Positions 54,085-64,000 of a stretch of 64,000 nucleotides of DNA are shown here, piece after piece (positions within the stretch are counted from its first letter, which is position 1; the number at the start of each line of letters is the position of its first letter). Below the pieces are notes generated by a model. It was not told where the DNA came from. It was given only the letters and a program-made list of their open reading frames with translations, and did no database searches. The stretch spans positions 512,001 through 576,000 of the forward strand of contig JAYFMW010000005.1 of NCBI GenBank assembly GCA_042408215.1. Reading direction: 5' to 3'. The DNA comes from Microcoleus sp. (lineage in GTDB: Bacteria; Cyanobacteriota; Cyanobacteriia; Cyanobacteriales; Microcoleaceae). The position numbers and the translations under genes were made by a program.

Positions 54085-55449
54085 ATGACTATGACACCGA
54101 TGAAAGCTCCGCCTCTAGTTTCGCTACAAAGTCCTAAAGATGTTTCGATCGACCAAATCGAAGCCGAATTAGCTCAAATCTGGGAAAGTTACAGAGAATC
54201 TGGGTCGAAAGGCGATCGGACGATCGCCACCAGAGCCACAACCTTCACCTTCGTAGTCTACGAACCCGAAGAAACCCAGCAGCTATTAGCGGATCTAGGC
54301 TTTTACGACGGGCCGATCGACGGTATCACCGGGCCGATGACGGCATCCAGCATCAGAGCCGCTCAAAAAGCCTACGGCTTACCGAGGACAGGCAAAGCCA
54401 ATGCAGAATTGCTCGCCACCTTGCGCGAAGAACGCAGCTCCAAAAATTCCAGTGGCGATCTCCGGGGCCCAACAGGTTTCAGTTCAGGAGGTTCAGCCGT
54501 AGCTGACGCAATAGTCGCCGCCAATCCCTGCCGGATTATTACCCTTTGCCCCATGCTGGGAGAAGATACCGGCGTACAGGCACAAGTCGCCGCCTATTGT
54601 CCCGTTCACAAAGGCGGGAGCGGGAACCTGATCTGCTGTGAGTACATTACACTGCGGGGCACCGAAGCCGCCCTAGAACGAGTGAGTGGCATCGTGACAG
54701 CCCTAACGATCGCGGATTTGCCGACGCTGCTGTGGTGGAAAGCGACACCGGATGCCGATCGAGACTTGTTCCAGAGGTTAGCCGCCACCAGCAGTTCAGT
54801 GATTATCGATTCTAGCTGCTTTGCTAAACCAGAAGCTGAATTACTACTGATGCAAAGTTTGATAGAAGCAGGAATTCCGATCGCCGATCTGAATTGGCGT
54901 CGGTTGGCCGCGTGGCAGGAGTTAGCTGCTGAGGCATTTGACCCGCCAGAACGTCGCGCGGCAATTCGGGAAATCGATCGAGTGACGATCGATTACGAAC
55001 AGGATAATTCGACTCAAGCGCTGATGTATTTGGGTTGGCTAGCAAGCAGACTTCAGTGGCATCCTGTGGCTTTCAAGCAGGAGGAGGGCGACTACAAAAT
55101 CAAGCGGATTCAGTTCGCAGGTGCTGATGGGCGGGTTGTAGAAGCAGAGTTGGCGGCCATTCCAACTGCGAATACAGGCGATGTCCCTGGAGATTTGATT
55201 GCTCTGCGTTTGAATTCTACTAACAAGAATGCTGACTGCGGCACGGTACTGTGTTCGGAAGCTGGTGGCTGTATGCGGATGGAAACTCATGGCGGCGCTC
55301 AAACCGATAAATTTAACCAGGTGACTCCTCTGTTCGATCAGGTGACGGAACAGTTGCTGGGCCAGCACTTGCAGAGTTGGGGGCGCGATGTGCTGTACGA
55401 AGAAAGCTTGGCAGTGACGGCTCAAATGCTGAAATTAGCTAAGCAGTAA
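54085..55449 (+). CDS. opcA: G6PDH assembly/activator protein OpcA
   Basis: Downstream of zwf; RATTF, NPCRIITLCP, ICCEYITL, DLNWRRL. Confidence 0.93.
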   Translation: MTMTPMKAPPLVSLQSPKDVSIDQIEAELAQIWESYRESGSKGDRTIATRATTFTFVVYEPEETQQLLADLGFYDGPIDGITGPMTASSIRAAQKAYGLPRTGKANAELLATLREERSSKNSSGDLRGPTGFSSGGSAVADAIVAANPCRIITLCPMLGEDTGVQAQVAAYCPVHKGGSGNLICCEYITLRGTEAALERVSGIVTALTIADLPTLLWWKATPDADRDLFQRLAATSSSVIIDSSCFAKPEAELLLMQSLIEAGIPIADLNWRRLAAWQELAAEAFDPPERRAAIREIDRVTIDYEQDNSTQALMYLGWLASRLQWHPVAFKQEEGDYKIKRIQFAGADGRVVEAELAAIPTANTGDVPGDLIALRLNSTNKNADCGTVLCSEAGGCMRMETHGGAQTDKFNQVTPLFDQVTEQLLGQHLQSWGRDVLYEESLAVTAQMLKLAKQ

Positions 55450-55742
55450 AAAGAAGTTCGGAACGGGCCATGTACGGAATTTAACCGATGTAACGGATCA
55501 GCCGTACAAATTAAATGGGCGAGAACTTAGAAACAAAAAGGAAGAAAGATTGAATGAAAAATCAGTGGGGCAGGAAATGCCAGCCCTACTCTTATTCTTC
55601 TCTTTTCTTCCTTCGCGCCCTTCGCGTCTTCGCGGTTCGTTAAATAGATATTATTTGAGCAGATCGAGAGCAATAAGAAGAAGGAAGAAAGCCCTTCGGC
55701 GAAGCTGATCCGGTAAAAAGAAGGAATCAGGAATAATCCTGA

Positions 55743-56873
55743 TAAGTAGGTCGGCGCGAAAAAAACCAACTATGTTAAAATAAGTAAATACAGAGAACAC
55801 TTCTACTGAGGTAAATCAATATATGGGGGCTAGATTAAGGGTATTCCTGACTCAAAAGCAAGACAAAACCCTAGGAGAACTGAGAACTGCGGATGTACCA
55901 CAAAAAGTCACTCTCCCGATCAGAAGTAATTAGGTTAAATGCACATGGCTGGTACGTTGAAAAAATAGCTGCTCATTTCAATTGGACTCCACAAACAGTG
56001 AGAGAGGTTTTACATAAATGGCAAAAGCTAGGCTGGGAAGGCCTTTGGAAATTACCATGTCGAGGGGGAAAACCCAAGTGGAAACAAGAAGACATAGAGT
56101 TTGTAGCAGAATGTCTCAAAAAAGAACCACGTACATACAACAGTGTTCAATTAGCTCAGAAATTAGAAAAAGAGCGTTATATTAAACTAAGTCCCGACAG
56201 ATTAAGACGGATACTAAAAAAAAAGGGTTTATTTAGAAACGAGCGAGAAAAAGTCATAAAGGAAAACAAGAATCTGTAATACAATTAAACAAGCAGACTT
56301 AGATATGTTGGAACTAGCTGCGACAGCGGGAGAAATCGACTTAAAATATTTGGATGAATCAGGATTTTGTGCGTGGAGTGAACCTGGTTACACTTATTAC
56401 CAACGATAGGAGCAAAAACGGCTCGAACCAACGAAGAGGCGTGGTCGTAGATTAAGTATTGTAGGGCTTCTTCAGCATGAAATCAGCTTTGTTTACGGTT
56501 TGGTAATTGGGGGTGTTGATCGAAAAGCTTATATCAAAATGATGGCTCAAGAAGCCGAAGAAGCTGCTCAGATTGGACGACCGAGAGTAATCGTACAAGA
56601 CAACGGCCCAATACACCGATGTCAGGAAGTCCAACAGTTATGGTCAAAGTGGGAAAATCAGGGTTTATATATCTTTTTTTTTCCCAAATATTGTTGCGAA
56701 ATGAACCCAATTGAATTGGAGTCGCAACACATTAAAAAAGATGAATTAGCGGGACAAATGTTGGACGATGAATTAGAACTCGCCTAGGCCGTAATTCATG
56801 GAGTAGAAGTTAGAGGAGAAAGAGGAAACTACCGTACACAACGTGTTAAATTTAAATCCAATCACGCTACTTA
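55743..56873 (+). mobile_element. Decayed IS630-family element
   Basis: Ends TAAGTAG...CTACTTA; transposase remnants from ATG 55823 with HTH, A9 slippery run (56216-56224), YLDESGF, VQDNG and MNPIE; broken by frameshifts and a TAG at 56407. Confidence 0.85.
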
Positions 56874-56892
56874 ATGTTGCGTTACATAAACA

Positions 56893-58051
56893 TATAGCCT
56901 CGATCAGAAAGATGAGGTACAATAACAGCAGTGACTAAACCAATTCCAAATATTTTATGATGTAACTTCATTAAATGCAAACTCTATGGATTTTGCTAAC
57001 TCTTGATAATTAGTCGTCTGGATAGAACGGAGAATATTTTTAAGTTCATAAATTTTCAAGAGGTGAGAACTCAGGAGAATAGGGCGACAGGTATATTAAT
57101 TTTGCCCCTTTCTCTTAGATGGCTTTTTCTACTTCTTCTCCGGTATGAATAGTAAAATTATCCATCACTACACAAGCACCTTTCCAGAATTTTGGTACTA
57201 ACTTTCGGATGATAAAAGCCTCAAATGTAATTGGATCGGTTGTACCTATTAAATTGACTGATGTTAGGACTTCATTAACCGATATAGCTCCAATTATTGA
57301 GACATTTCTTCCGCGTTTATTCGGTTTTGGTCCCTTGGCCCTTGAACCTTTTAGAGACCGACCATATAACCTAACCATTGCCAAGTTTACTCCATATTCA
57401 TCAATGAATATTAAGTCTTTAAAACAAACTTATCGGATTTTTTGCCAGAACTCATATCGCAGGTTCATAACTCTGTCACTGCCTTTATCTGAGGGGAAAA
57501 GAGTTTTTTTTTAAAGTCATGTTCAAGAGTTTTGCCATTCTTCCCATCGTTGCTATACTGATGGTACAACCAATTTTTTGGTAGAGTAAATAACGGAGTT
57601 CTTCGAGAGTTGCATCATTATTTGCTTCAATCAATTCCGCTCCAATCAGAAGTTGTTCTGAATTCAGTTTTAATTTGACTCCGCATCGCTCAGTTCGAGG
57701 ATCAATATTTTGGGTCTCACGATACTGTTTAATCATTTTTTGGACTCAACTTAGGGCTACACAAAAACGGTTAGCTATTGCTCTTTGTGACAGCGGTTCA
57801 TTCTGGTACACATCCATAATTTTTTGTCTAAAATCAAGAGAATAAGTTTTCATTTTTACTAATGTGTGATAATTGCTAAAATCCTGGATGGTTGTGATTC
57901 GAGTGACTACTGTAAATCCAGTCACTGCTGTGGGTCGAGCGACTGCTCTGAGCGCTCCATTTAATTAGATTGCATAACATTTTGGGGTTTTATATTTTTC
58001 ACTCCGTTCAAGTCAGTTATATCATACCTCATCTTTCTGATAAGTGCTATA
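56893..58051 (-). mobile_element. Second decayed IS630-family element
   Basis: Terminal inverted repeats TATAGC....ATCAGAAAGATGAGGTA at both ends with flanking TA; remnants MKTYSLDFRQKI (ATG 57853), NDATLEEL and VVMDN; premature stops. Confidence 0.87.
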
Positions 58052-58853
58052 ATTTTCCCCACCTACTTATACCATCGCTGTCCAATCGCATCAAAGTCGA
58101 TCGACTATTTAGCCGCGGTTCCAATCCCCGCACAGGTATCAGATGATTCATTAAAAGCGCGCTTTTTCCCGGAGGAATGATTAATTGCTGCGGAAAATCT
58201 GACTGTCTCTTTCCCCTCAAAATATCATTCACAGCGCGGCTACCAGGCCCCGCATAAATATTACCCTCAGCATTTTAGACTTGCGGCGGTAACTCAATAA
58301 ACGGCGCATCGGCTTGACTCAAATAACTCGCCACTTGTAATAGATCTAATTTTACTGGTCGGATTGTAAACTATAAATCCTTGATATAAAGTCCGCAATT
58401 TTTCAGGCACAGCGGCTTTAGCAATAGGCGGTACAAATAGATCGAAACGCCCTTGAAAGGGAAAGTTTAAATGTGCTGTTGGAAATCTTTTACGATTCGG
58501 CGGAAAAGTCGAAAGCAAAATTCCTTCTTCCAGCACTAATTCGGGCTGTTACTGTTAAATATTGGTATAGCCTTTCTGAGTAACAGTGCGGTGCACGCTG
58601 GATAAGCGGGCATAGGGCATAGGGCATAGGGCATAGGGCATAGGGCATACCTCACCAAGATTGAGAACTGCTATATGTTGTCTAACTGTCCCGGTAAAGG
58701 CCGCACTTCTTGGATTTGGAAAACTTCTTGAGGTGCTGGGAGGATTTGGAGTAAGGGTATAATTGATCGAAGTGACAGCATTTTTAGATTTGTAAAAAGT
58801 AATGGCTGTGAGATACCCAACTTCTTAAATAGTGCTGGACGCATAAATACCAA
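58052..58853 (-). pseudogene. Fragmented DUF3370-like gene, truncated by IS630
   Basis: Pieces EVRPLPGQLD, NSPELVLEEGILLSTFP...HLNFPFQGRFDLF and NDILRGKRQ...RSTLMRL in different frames, with an STRR (GGGCATA) insertion at ~58608-58649. Confidence 0.65.
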
Positions 58854-58978
58854 ATAAACCGGGTTTTTTACCAGTATTAAAGGCAGGAATGCAGTAGTTC
58901 TGTAAAAAACCCGGTTTCTGCTTCCAGGACTACTAAAGAAGTTGGGGTTCTAGGTGTTCTGTTTGTTTATGGTTGTGT

Positions 58979-59902
58979 TTAACGCGCCCACTGTTGTAAG
59001 ATGTAATTATAAAACTTTTCCGTATCTACTCGATCCATTGCTTTGATTTTGCGGCCTCCTGCTTGAACTTTTGTGCGACCTTGACTAACTCCTTCAGTAA
59101 CAATTGCGGTTTCCCATTCTCGCAATAGATAAAATTCTGGATGCGCTAAATAAGCGGTTGCCAAAATATCCCAAAAATAGTAATCTTGAGAAATAGCTAG
59201 AGCGTAACACTGTCCAGCCAAGTCGGAAATTGGATATTTGCGCTGTCTTGCTAACAGATTGGAAAATTCGACGGTCAGCGGTACGTTATTGGTAATATCT
59301 AAAGGACACATAACGATCGGAATTTGAGTTTGCCAAATTCGGGCGATCGCAAATGGGTCCCAGTAAGCATTCCATTCCGCCGACATATCCTGTCCCGGTT
59401 CCATATCTTTACTCACATTACCAGGAACATTCAGCGCCCCTCCCATCCAGACAATCTCCTGAATTTTGCTCTCAATTTCCGGCGCGATATCCAAAGCTTC
59501 CGCTACAGTTGTCAAAGGCCCAGTTACTATTAATGTTACAGGTTCTGGTGCTGCTTGCAAAACTCGCACCATAAAATTTTGTCCAGGTTCAGATATTAAC
59601 GGCGTGTCAATAGTTCCTTTTTCATTTAAAATAGGAAGTCGATCGACTGCAAAAGAATATCGCCGAAACAACACCGGAAACGGATTAAGTCCACGCACCG
59701 TACTCGCCGCCACCGGCACATCAGAACATCCCATTAAATCGAGAATTTTCCGAGTAGCACTCACCGCAGGTTGAATATAGCAGTCAGCAGGAGTTACAAT
59801 TACTCCCAGAGTTTCAACTTCCTGCATACTCATCAGCAAAACGACGGACAGATAATCATCTACCGCACCGTCACGATCCATAAGTACAAATTTTTTCGAC
59901 AT
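58979..59902 (-). CDS. Inosine/uridine-preferring nucleoside hydrolase family
   Basis: DRDGAVDD, TGPLT, WMGG, AEWNAYWDP, PLDIT, FWD. Confidence 0.92.
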   Translation of the reverse strand: MSKKFVLMDRDGAVDDYLSVVLLMSMQEVETLGVIVTPADCYIQPAVSATRKILDLMGCSDVPVAASTVRGLNPFPVLFRRYSFAVDRLPILNEKGTIDTPLISEPGQNFMVRVLQAAPEPVTLIVTGPLTTVAEALDIAPEIESKIQEIVWMGGALNVPGNVSKDMEPGQDMSAEWNAYWDPFAIARIWQTQIPIVMCPLDITNNVPLTVEFSNLLARQRKYPISDLAGQCYALAISQDYYFWDILATAYLAHPEFYLLREWETAIVTEGVSQGRTKVQAGGRKIKAMDRVDTEKFYNYILQQWAR

Positions 59903-60093
59903 TGCGATCGCCTGGAGAGTAAATTACTGTAAACTACAAATATACATTTATTTATTCTGACAAACACAACTGTCCCAACTATAACAAGCCCAAATCCTGT
60001 ATAAACCCCTCTCCTTCTTATATTCCTTCCTGTCCTTCGCGACGAAAGCGGTTCGTAAAAAAAGCCTCATTCACAAATCATTGAGTATTCTAT

Positions 60094-62103
60094 ATGACCA
60101 CAGTATCACCTTACGGCTCTTGGAAATCCCCTATTTCCTCAGACTTAATTGTTTCTGGAACAGTAGGACTCGGACAAATTGTCATTGACGGCGAGGATAT
60201 CTACTGGATAGAAGGACGACCTTCAGAAGCAGGAAGAAGTGTGATTGTCCGACGCACTCCTGATGGTAAAATAAATGATGTAACACCGCAACCTTTTAAT
60301 GTTCGCACTCGCGTCCATGAATACGGCAGCGGTGCATTTGCAGTAGCTAGCGGCACTGTCTATTTTTCCAATTTTGCCGACGGGCGGATTTATCGTCAAA
60401 CCTTAGATTCTCAACCCGAACCTCTCACGCCCATAGTGAATTTTCGCTATGCAGATGGGATTGTTGACAAGGAAAGAAATCGCCTGATTTGCGTGAGGGA
60501 AGATCGTACAGGCGAGGGTGAAGCTGTCAATACCATTGTTAGTGTTAATTTAGACAATGGTGAAGATATTCAGATCTTAACTCAGGGGAATGATTTTTAT
60601 GCTTCCCCGCGTTTGAATCCCGAAGGTTCTCAACTGTGCTGGATTAGTTGGAACCACCCAAATATGCCTTGGGATGGGACAGAATTGTGGGTGGCGGAAA
60701 TTAATGATGACGGTGATTTAGGAGAAAAACAGTTAGTTGCTGGTGGCTTAGAAGAGTCTATTTTTCAACCGGAATGGTCGCCGGATGGAGTGCTGTATTT
60801 TGTTTCTGACAAGTCTAACTGGTGGAATCTCTATCGAACTCCTCTCAATCCCCCCTTGGTAAGGGGAGAAAAAGACATAGAACCCCCCTTGGTAAGGGGG
60901 GAAAAAGACATAGAACCCCCCTTGGTAAGGGGGGCAGGGGGGATCGAACCTCTGTGCGAAATGGCCGCAGAATTCGGACTTCCTCAGTGGGTTTTTGGAA
61001 TGTCAACCTATGCTGTTTCGGCGAGCGAAATTATTTGCACTTACACTCAGCAAGGGAAGTGGCATCTAGCCCGGATCGATTTAGAAACAAAGCAGTTAAC
61101 AACAATTGAAACTCCTTACACTGATATTTCGTCGGTAAAAGCGAGAGGAGAAATAGCTGTTTTTCTGGGAGCTTCGCCGACAGAATCTACTTCTATTGTA
61201 CAACTAAATTTAGTCACAAGTCAACTAGAAGTATTGCGCCGATCGAGTAATTTAACCATTGACACAGGCTATCTTTCTTTGCCGGTGCCGATCGCATTTC
61301 CGACAGAAAAGGGTTTAACGGCTTTCGGCTTCTTCTATCCACCGCAAAACCAAGACTTCGCAGCCCCTGCAACTGAAAAACCGCCGCTTGTGGTCAAAAG
61401 TCACGGTGGCCCCACGGCAGCTACTTCTAGCAGCATGAATTTAAAGATTCAATACTGGACAAGTCGAGGTTTTGCTGTCCTTGATGTGAATTACGGCGGT
61501 AGCACTGGTTACGGCCGAGAATACAGGAAAAGATTACAAGATAGTTGGGGAATTGTGGATGTTGACGACTGTGCTAATGGTGCTAAATATTTAGCCCAAA
61601 TGGGTTTAGTTGATGGCGACAGAATGGCGATCGCCGGTGGTAGTGCAGGGGGATACACGACTCTGTGTGCTCTTACTTTTCGCGATGTTTTTAAGGCAGG
61701 CGCGAGCTATTATGGAGTGAGCGATTTGTCTGCTTTGGCAACGGATACTCACAAGTTTGAGTCGCGCTATCTGGATGGATTGATTGGGCCTTATCCTGAA
61801 AGAAAAGATTTGTATATAGCTCGATCGCCTATTCACTTTACGGAACGTTTATCTTGTCCTGTAATCTTCTTTCAAGGATTGGAAGATCGAGTTGTTCCTC
61901 CCAATCAAGCGGAAATGATGGTAGAGGCATTAAAAGCAAAAGGTTTGCCTGTTTCTTACGTTGCTTATGAAGGGGAACAGCACGGTTTTCGTCGTGCTGA
62001 AAATATCAAAAGAACTCTGGATGGCGAATTCTATTTCTATTCGCGGGTGTTTAAGTTTGAGTTGGCTGAATTAGTTGAGGAAGTGCCGATCGCCAATCTT
62101 TAA
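60094..62103 (+). CDS. S9 family peptidase (dipeptidyl aminopeptidase/acylaminoacyl peptidase-like)
   Basis: SHGGPT, GGSAGG (Ser), EDRVVP (Asp), EQHGF (His). Confidence 0.93.
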   Translation: MTTVSPYGSWKSPISSDLIVSGTVGLGQIVIDGEDIYWIEGRPSEAGRSVIVRRTPDGKINDVTPQPFNVRTRVHEYGSGAFAVASGTVYFSNFADGRIYRQTLDSQPEPLTPIVNFRYADGIVDKERNRLICVREDRTGEGEAVNTIVSVNLDNGEDIQILTQGNDFYASPRLNPEGSQLCWISWNHPNMPWDGTELWVAEINDDGDLGEKQLVAGGLEESIFQPEWSPDGVLYFVSDKSNWWNLYRTPLNPPLVRGEKDIEPPLVRGEKDIEPPLVRGAGGIEPLCEMAAEFGLPQWVFGMSTYAVSASEIICTYTQQGKWHLARIDLETKQLTTIETPYTDISSVKARGEIAVFLGASPTESTSIVQLNLVTSQLEVLRRSSNLTIDTGYLSLPVPIAFPTEKGLTAFGFFYPPQNQDFAAPATEKPPLVVKSHGGPTAATSSSMNLKIQYWTSRGFAVLDVNYGGSTGYGREYRKRLQDSWGIVDVDDCANGAKYLAQMGLVDGDRMAIAGGSAGGYTTLCALTFRDVFKAGASYYGVSDLSALATDTHKFESRYLDGLIGPYPERKDLYIARSPIHFTERLSCPVIFFQGLEDRVVPPNQAEMMVEALKAKGLPVSYVAYEGEQHGFRRAENIKRTLDGEFYFYSRVFKFELAELVEEVPIANL

Positions 62104-62308
62104 AAACATTTAACTTTTCAATGACTCTGTTGGCCCTCAAGCGACATTCACAATGAGCAAATATTGATTGTGATCTTGTTCACAATTTTTATTGTTTTCT
62201 GTCACATCTTTTGAGAGGATAATATCCGTTAATGGTTATATTGCGATCGCCCTATCCTGTAACTCAGGAATAGGCGATCGCACAATTGTTGAGTTCAACT
62301 CACTAGCC

Positions 62309-62557
62309 ATGCAAACTCCTGTAAACTTGATTCCATCGGCTTTAGGCGAGTTGTTTGCCGAAGTCCACCAAAACGGCTACATTACTCTAGCCGATCGCTA
62401 CGGTTTGATGGCTGCTATTTTCGACGACACCTTGACAGAGGAAGACAAGCGATCGATCGATCGGCTATTGCGCGCCGTGTGCCGAGGCAGGATAAAATTA
62501 GTTAACGAACTGTCTATGGTCAGATCAGTTCGATTCAAGCCTAAACAGTTGGTATAG
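62309..62557 (+). CDS. Small conserved cyanobacterial hypothetical protein
   Basis: ITLADRYGLMAA...LTEEDKRSIDRLLRAVCRGR pattern. Confidence 0.7.
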   Translation: MQTPVNLIPSALGELFAEVHQNGYITLADRYGLMAAIFDDTLTEEDKRSIDRLLRAVCRGRIKLVNELSMVRSVRFKPKQLV

Positions 62558-63110
62558 CCCTGGCAAATTCTAACTTACTTGAATTATCTTCCGGCTGCAA
62601 ATCCATCTGATAACTGAGTGCCGAAGGAATGCCGATCGCGCAGCAGGGAAAATTCTGGCCTAGGGCTCGCACCAGCGGATGGTTAACAGAATTACAGCCC
62701 AAAAATAGCACATCTGCTGACTCGAATTCTACAACATTTCGGAGTTCTGTAGCAACAGGCCCTAGGGGTAGGTGAGCTTTAAATAAACCGCGCCATTCCT
62801 CCGCCAAACAGCGGGCTTACCACAACAGCCTGTCTGCTATTTCCTACTGATTATTTGGACAGAAAATCGCCTGAAGGTAAGGCGGATCTATCCAAGTTTT
62901 CCGGGGAGATATCGATGGGATTTTGGCTGCGGGTAAAGCGATCGCAGGTGCGGCACAATTCAAAGCGGATGATGTCTTTGAATCTGACAGCCTTGGCTCG
63001 CCAACAGATAGATTTACCTCAGCAAAGTGGCAGATATCTTCACAGTAACTCTCCTGAGTTTCGTCGAGTACATAAACAACTTGAACCGTCACTTCTTGGG
63101 TTGTTACTAA
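62541..63110 (-). pseudogene. Universal-stress-protein-like pseudogene
   Basis: One frame reads VTVQVVYV...Q*EIADRLLW*ARCLAEEWRG...ADVLFLGC, with two in-frame stops and no evident start. Confidence 0.6.
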
Positions 63111-63223
63111 TTGCTAAATGTGAGTTTTCCATCTTCCCTCTGACCTCTGACTTCCCCATTCCTTGGGAGCGCGAGGGGGGTGCATTCTGACTTCTTCCCC
63201 CTTCCCTCTGACTTCTTCCTTCT

Positions 63224-64000
63224 TCAAACCAAAAATCGAATAGTTACATATATAGCAGCAGTTACTAATTGCAGTAACATCACAGGAATCCCATAACGCA
63301 GAAAAGTTTGAAAAGAAATCCGGCGTCCGTGCAGCTCAGAAATTCCCGCCGCTACTATATTAGAAGAAGCTCCTACCAAAGTGCCATTACCTCCCAAAGT
63401 TGCCCCGTACATCATCGCGTAAAACAGCGGCAACACCTCCACTGGAAACTGCCCTGCAAAATCGGGAGCCAGCACTTCCGCAGGCGCTAGCCCGACGTTA
63501 ACAACATACTGTTTTAGCAACGGCACCATCGCCACCACTAGGGGAATATTTGGCACCACACTCGACATCAAACCAACAAAAAACAACAAAGCTAGGGAGC
63601 CCAAAAATATATTTTTTCCCAAAATAACTGCTAGTATTCCCGATATACTAGCGATGACCCCGGTTTTTTCCAAACCGCCAATTAAAACAAAAATAGACAT
63701 AAAAAATAGCAGCGTACTCCAATCTAAATCCCGCAAGATATTATTAACAGAATCTATTTTAGATTGATGAGCTAATAGCATTGACAAAGCCGCCCCCAAC
63801 AAAGCAACGGCTGCTGGTGAAATTGGCACTGGTAGCGACTCTCCCACTACAAAAAATGTCAGCACGAAAGCTATAATTAAACCCCCCACTGCTAAAACTC
63901 GCGGGTGATTAATTTTGGGATGTGGTAAGTGTTCCAAATCTTTTAATTCTTTGTGCCAGATTTCGGGGAACAGCCACGGCAGAATAACTACTATTACTCC
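63224..64000 (-). CDS. ArsB/NhaD (ion transporter superfamily) permease; 5' end outside window
   Basis: LDWSTLLFF, SSVVPNIP, GATLGGNGTLVGASSN; frame open to the window edge. Confidence 0.9.
   Translation of the reverse strand, partial: GVIVVILPWLFPEIWHKELKDLEHLPHPKINHPRVLAVGGLIIAFVLTFFVVGESLPVPISPAAVALLGAALSMLLAHQSKIDSVNNILRDLDWSTLLFFMSIFVLIGGLEKTGVIASISGILAVILGKNIFLGSLALLFFVGLMSSVVPNIPLVVAMVPLLKQYVVNVGLAPAEVLAPDFAGQFPVEVLPLFYAMMYGATLGGNGTLVGASSNIVAAGISELHGRRISFQTFLRYGIPVMLLQLVTAAIYVTIRFLV

Noticed and set aside
54270..54430. Peptidoglycan-binding-like segment in OpcA
   Set aside because: To my knowledge a usual feature of cyanobacterial OpcA.
1..64000. Abundant GCGATCGC
   Set aside because: HIP1 is a well-known cyanobacterial feature; used only as a taxonomic clue.

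Overview
This 64-kb window comes from a filamentous cyanobacterium, probably Microcoleus/Oscillatoriales-like (inferred from dense HIP1 GCGATCGC sites, 7-bp STRR tandem repeats and gene content). The housekeeping backbone comprises: a surface-glycan cluster (GH-A clan hydrolase, multi-domain GT2/GT4 glycosyltransferases, TPR-methyltransferase), two hybrid histidine kinases (one with a DXCF cyanobacteriochrome GAF), comB, clpR-clpP, thrB, the fbp-tal-zwf-opcA operon, a nucleoside hydrolase, an S9 peptidase and an ArsB/NhaD transporter. Five accessory features stand out. (1) An 18.5-kb stack of three cargo cassettes sits between thrB and fbp. The cassettes are separated by duplicated thrB-3' and fbp-5' segments, one junction is at a microhomology, and there is no integrase. 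The cargoes are a split Apaf-1-like STAND/WD40 locus, an fbp'-'GATase chimera plus a DMT transporter, and a giant repeat/S8-peptidase/toxin gene with a candidate immunity gene. (2) A gene inserted in the OPP operon contains in its coding sequence the same 18-bp palindrome found in its upstream region. (3) An intact IS605 (tnpA/tnpB) has a deducible TTAG target and a TnpB lacking the zinc-finger cysteines. (4) A 309-bp protein-free IS200/IS605 derivative looks like a promoter plus omegaRNA cassette. (5) Two decayed IS630 elements are present. Several frameshifts fall in homopolymers and may be sequencing errors. No rRNA, tRNA or CRISPR array was recognised. All family assignments are by motif recognition by eye; no database search was run.
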